From NCBI GenBank assembly GCA_043381765.1, contig JBHJMP010000867.1, positions 1-33,883 on the forward strand: a stretch of 33,883 bases of DNA. Direction: 5' to 3'. Below the pieces are notes generated by a model. It saw nothing but the letters and a program-made list of their open reading frames with translations, searched no databases and was not told where the DNA came from. The translations under genes and the position numbers were made by a program. Each line of letters starts with the position of its first letter. The first letter of the stretch is position 1. This document shows positions 27,340 through 33,883 of this stretch, piece after piece. The DNA comes from Collodictyon triciliatum. Taxonomy: Eukaryota.

Positions 27340-28190
27340 AAAAGGCTGCCGATGTGCGCTACGCTTGGCTGAGTATTTTTTCGTGTGATGAGCGGTGGTG
27401 TTAATTAAGTGGTGCGCGTGATATATACCCTCTGCAATATCATTATAATAATGTTTTTAATATAATTCTTAACTTTGCAGCTGATTATGCGGGATAAATA
27501 TATTAATTTATATTAATCATTATAAAATCCACATTTTAAAATCTATACTGGAATATATAGTATATACGTAATTTTAACAATTCAAGTGTCATCATAAACA
27601 GAATGATAATAAATAAGGTATACAGTATATTGCATCATACTTTTACTTTGAAGTGTTTACATTGAGAGTGCAGCGAACGTTGTGACGTATGGATGGAACG
27701 AAAGAAGCAGGAGATCGGGCAGATTCAATCTTCTATTTTGGCGATCAAAACAAGAACAGTGCCCTGTAACTTTTGTCGTTTTCTTCGAATACCATAACAT
27801 CAACAATCTTCGATCGGGCTTTTTTTTTTTGTTGTGTCCAATACTGCGAAAAGATGAAAGCCTTTCGCTGCCGTTGTAGTTGCCACGCCACTCTCTTTCC
27901 AGAAACAAAACCAAAAGCAACCTTTCCTCCAAGAAGGAAACAAACCATAAGCTCGGAGGCTTAGTATACACGATTTATGGGCTCGTGAAAAAGGATATTT
28001 TTGGAGTCTCTTCTAGCTTACTTATTTTCGTCTCTTTTTTTTTTCCATTTTCTTTTCTTTTTCTCTCCTTTTTTATATGGCATTTCTGTTCCCGCTATTG
28101 CCAGGATCTGATCACCCACCGCATATCCTTACAAGAATTGTAAAAGATTCTGCTCTCAGACTTTGCACTTTTGGTCAAAAAAAAAACCTG
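27340..28190. promoter_or_regulatory. Divergent intergenic/promoter region between the dikinase and ATG4 genes
   Basis: Head-to-head gene arrangement with a very AT-rich core at about 27420-27660. No specific element was identified. Confidence 0.4.
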
Positions 28191-28194
28191 CGAG

Positions 28195-30742
<2,548 letters not shown>

Positions 30743-31376
30743 GAAACAAAAACCGTATCTCTCGGGGTTTTTGCCATAATTTTGCGCTTTTCGTTTGGTT
30801 CTCTATTCACTACAAATAAGAATCTATATATACCCTTAAATACGTATCTGATTTCGAATTCACGTTACCGACCACATACTCATATACATTCTCAAAATAA
30901 GAATTGCCTCCGTCTGTACTTTTTAAGATACACGCAATCGAATCTAAAACCCCTTCCTTCACTTGAATCGAATAAAGGGGAAAAAATCCATGCAATCAAA
31001 TAAATGTTTGACCTCCGAAATACACATAATTTTTCGTTTGTTATATCACACTGGATTAGTAAAAATAGATATATTAATAAATGACTCAGAAGTCGTGTAA
31101 TCTCGAGAATTTATATATCCTGGGTTTAAAAAATTAATGGCGTGAATGCCTTATGTAAATTGTAAACCAGCGGTATTACTTTTTATATTATTTATTCATT
31201 AGCTGAGTCTGTTGTGGTGCGTTAAAATAAAAAAAATCTATCACGTAAATTGATTGTATTTGCATTATTAAAACCAGAGACTGAAGCAAATAGTAAATGT
31301 TTGCAGAGGATGGAATATGGAGATAAAGCAAGCACCACCGAAAAAAATAATCGCAGGAGTAGGAACAAGTAGGACT

Positions 31377-32294
31377 TCAAGATATGTGCATCCTGCCACA
31401 AGCTGACACGATACTAGCCGAATATGACACATTTGCTTTACGGAATCGTGATGGAGAAGCCGTCTTTCCGTGATGGGTGGGCATAGCTGGAGCATGACCT
31501 TGGCTGTGAGCGCTTCCATTCCCAAGATGAAGCGATGCACACTTCAGACTGGGCAAAATAGCATTTGTATGACCGTGTTTGTCAGCTGGAGTCCTTCTAT
31601 GACCAATACAGGGAGATGCAGAATGATGCAAAGGAACAGCAGGTTGGGCGTATTGCTGCAGAGTGGAGGTTGAGGATGAAAGTGAATAGGAGTGATGATG
31701 CGCATGTGTTTGCCCATCCAGCAGCGAGGAAGCAGCAGATTCATCAGAGGCCAGCAGCTTCTGTTGTGATGTGACATCCTGAGCAAAAGCCTCCATCATG
31801 CGGGAAATCTTGTCGTAAGGACAGCGTAGGCGGAAATGAAGCACCGCAAGGAAGTCTACCTCCAGCGCGTTGACATCGAGCAAGGCAATCTCGGCAAGGT
31901 TTGCAAAAGTTGCGTTGTTGTGGGGGATGTCTTCCAGCGTCTTTGTGGCAAGCAGCAAGCCAACCAGGAAAAGCGGACGCACGTTGCGGACCGTCAAGGA
32001 AATCCCTTTGGCGCCCACATAACGCTGCATCAGCACAAGACCTGTCAACACAGCCTCATCCGAGGCCACATCGTACTCGCGCACAAGCCGCAGCATCACC
32101 TCCACACTCCGCTCGATGCCCACCACATCAAAGAGCGTTTCCCTTGCTTTGTGGCTCGCTTCTTGACTGCGGCTGCAACTGGCTTGTAGATACGCTGCGA
32201 TGCGCTCGTGAATCTCTTGGCGCGTCTCGCTGTACTGCGTGGCCATGACGGCTCGGCTGAATGTGTCGTCGGCGTCGTAGCGGTGTTGGCCCAT
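31377..32294 (-). CDS. Single-cyclin-box cyclin (PHO80/cyclin P-U-like), 305 aa, intronless
   Basis: Cyclin box: EAVLTGLVLMQRY...LTVRNVRPLFLVGLLLATKTLEDIPHNNATFANLAEIALLDVNALEVDFLAVLHFRL, followed by a His/Ser-rich low-complexity tail. Confidence 0.88.
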   Translation of the reverse strand: MGQHRYDADDTFSRAVMATQYSETRQEIHERIAAYLQASCSRSQEASHKARETLFDVVGIERSVEVMLRLVREYDVASDEAVLTGLVLMQRYVGAKGISLTVRNVRPLFLVGLLLATKTLEDIPHNNATFANLAEIALLDVNALEVDFLAVLHFRLRCPYDKISRMMEAFAQDVTSQQKLLASDESAASSLLDGQTHAHHHSYSLSSSTSTLQQYAQPAVPLHHSASPCIGHRRTPADKHGHTNAILPSLKCASLHLGNGSAHSQGHAPAMPTHHGKTASPSRFRKANVSYSASIVSACGRMHIS

Positions 32295-33204
32295 GTCTGC
32301 CTTATCTTGTAACTTGGTTTTACTTGGTCTTGATGTCCAGTGAATTCAATCCTTGAGCAATTAAATCAGCTCCATTATATCTCCTCCTTTTTATATCTAC
32401 CGTCTCCCGCATTGACTTTTGTCTTTATAGTGACCTGCTATATGGCCGCGTATTATTTATCCTGCTTTTTTTTTTGTGCGGTTTTCTTCTGTGATGGAAT
32501 CGCTGCGCTTCTATGGGTGTGTTTGGTGGGCTGTTGGGCTTCGGCTCTGCATGACGCTTTGTCCACTCGTCGTATTCTAAAGTCTTTCCAAGTTTTCTGC
32601 AAACAGCCAAAGCCGAATGATGCTGCGCGTCGTAATTGTGCCTGGCATTGCGTCTTTGTGACATCGTTTGTCTGATATCCCTATCGCCTTAATCAGGCTT
32701 TCCCTCGAGGAAGGAAAGAAATCGGCTGTGTCTTTGCGGTATTCTGCTCTGATAGGAAATCGCCTGCTTCGCTGGTTGCGGATGGTGACGTTTTGACGGT
32801 GCGTGGGTGATGCGTGATGGCGTCGTTATTTGTCGTGGGCTTTGTCTGTGGTGGGCGAATGCGGAAAGGAATTGTGATGGTGGCGAGTAATGTAGCGCGA
32901 TAAAGTCACCGTTTCCTTGTTACATTTAGGTGTAATAACTATTCAGCTTCCGTCTAGTGTCCAACAGTGCACAGAAGACATGTACATAGAGCAAAGATAT
33001 AAAAAAAAATATATGGAAATATTGTCTGCTTTAGCTGAGAGTATAGTCCTTTTTTTTTTTCTCTTTCTGAATAGTGCAAGATTTTGTAGGGATATCTGGC
33101 CGGTTGTGGAGCGAGGGCGTGATACAAGTAGGAATCTTCCATATATTTATTGCAACAAGAGCTCCCGGCTTCCTATTTTCGCAGACTAGAACGAGTCTGA
33201 GTTC

Positions 33205-33758
33205 TCATGAGTTTAAGATACCCCGTGATTCGATCAGAAGGCGGGTTCGTTGTTTCACGACTGCATCCATGATTTCATGGATGGCTCGGCAACCGGCAGA
33301 GGCGGCTTCCAGAACCTTCGAGAACACGATTGATAGGATAAGAACATAAAGCGCTATGACCTCGTTATGTAACCATGAAATATACATCCCCGTGCAGAGA
33401 GAAAATTACGAAAGGAAATCCGGTTATTGTGGGGACACGAAAAAGGGGGAAAAAAAAAAAAAGAGTGGGGAAAGGAAGTTATTTGTACATTCTCTTCGCT
33501 TCGTTATCAAAATGTAACAAACTTGTTCGAGTCTGTCGAGTGGCAACTTCGCATCCACTTGAAGCATTGTGATTTTATTTGAGCGAGGGAGAAGTGCAAC
33601 TGGGATATCAGGTCCTCCACCACTAACTTCCAGGTAATTCAGATCTGAAGCACAAAGTCTTTGTTAAAATATGTATCACCCCAGCAAACGAATCGCTAAG
33701 GGAAGACTAACCGCGCGGCATCATCATTAGATGTATATTTCATTGAGTTCATCATCCT

Positions 33759-33809
<51 letters not shown>

Positions 33810-33883
33810 ATTTTTAAAAAAAAAAAGGAAAAAAAAAAAAAAAAAGGAAACATCACACTTTACCATGATGAAATCGATACATG
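33205..33883 (-). CDS. Possible 3' exons of an unidentified gene entering from the right edge
   Basis: Minus-strand donor ATG|GTAAAG near 33863 followed by a poly-T tract, and mixed-composition exon-like blocks at about 33488-33643 and 33205-33354 with plausible splice sites. The frame is ambiguous and no motif was recognised. Confidence 0.3.
33760..33845. repeat. Poly-A tract
   Basis: Long A run with short interruptions, probably an intronic poly-T on the minus strand. Confidence 0.9.

Noticed and set aside
28123-28190. ATATCCTT upstream of ATG4 as a U12 donor in the 5' UTR
   Set aside because: No TCCTTRAC-like branch site before a suitable AC, and no coding constraint to test it.
31470-32248. 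Plus-strand ORFs opposite the cyclin
   Set aside because: Shadow ORFs of a GC-rich CDS.

Overview
Eukaryotic (protist-like) genomic DNA with short AT-rich spliceosomal introns, microsatellites and a 595-nt N gap (16766-17360). Hand-splicing gives five protein genes. (1) A very large EML/EMAP-family gene on the minus strand, about 68 exons, with at least four HELP+WD40 (TAPE) units; it runs off the left edge. (2) A SAM-like domain fused to a NagD-type HAD-IIA phosphatase (+). (3) A ~1800-aa PEP-synthase-like protein (-) with altered catalytic motifs and a second, degenerate His-domain + PEP-barrel module, mostly in one 3.96-kb exon. (4) ATG4 (+). (5) An intronless PHO80/cyclin-P-like cyclin (-). 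There is also a possible gene end at the right edge. The main signals are the duplicated, residue-altered dikinase, a clear AT-AC U12-type intron in EML repeat 2 whose paralogous positions in the other three repeats are GT-AG, a second U12-like donor inside the dikinase gene, two GC-AG introns, and the SAM-NagD fusion. All gene models are manual and untested against transcripts.
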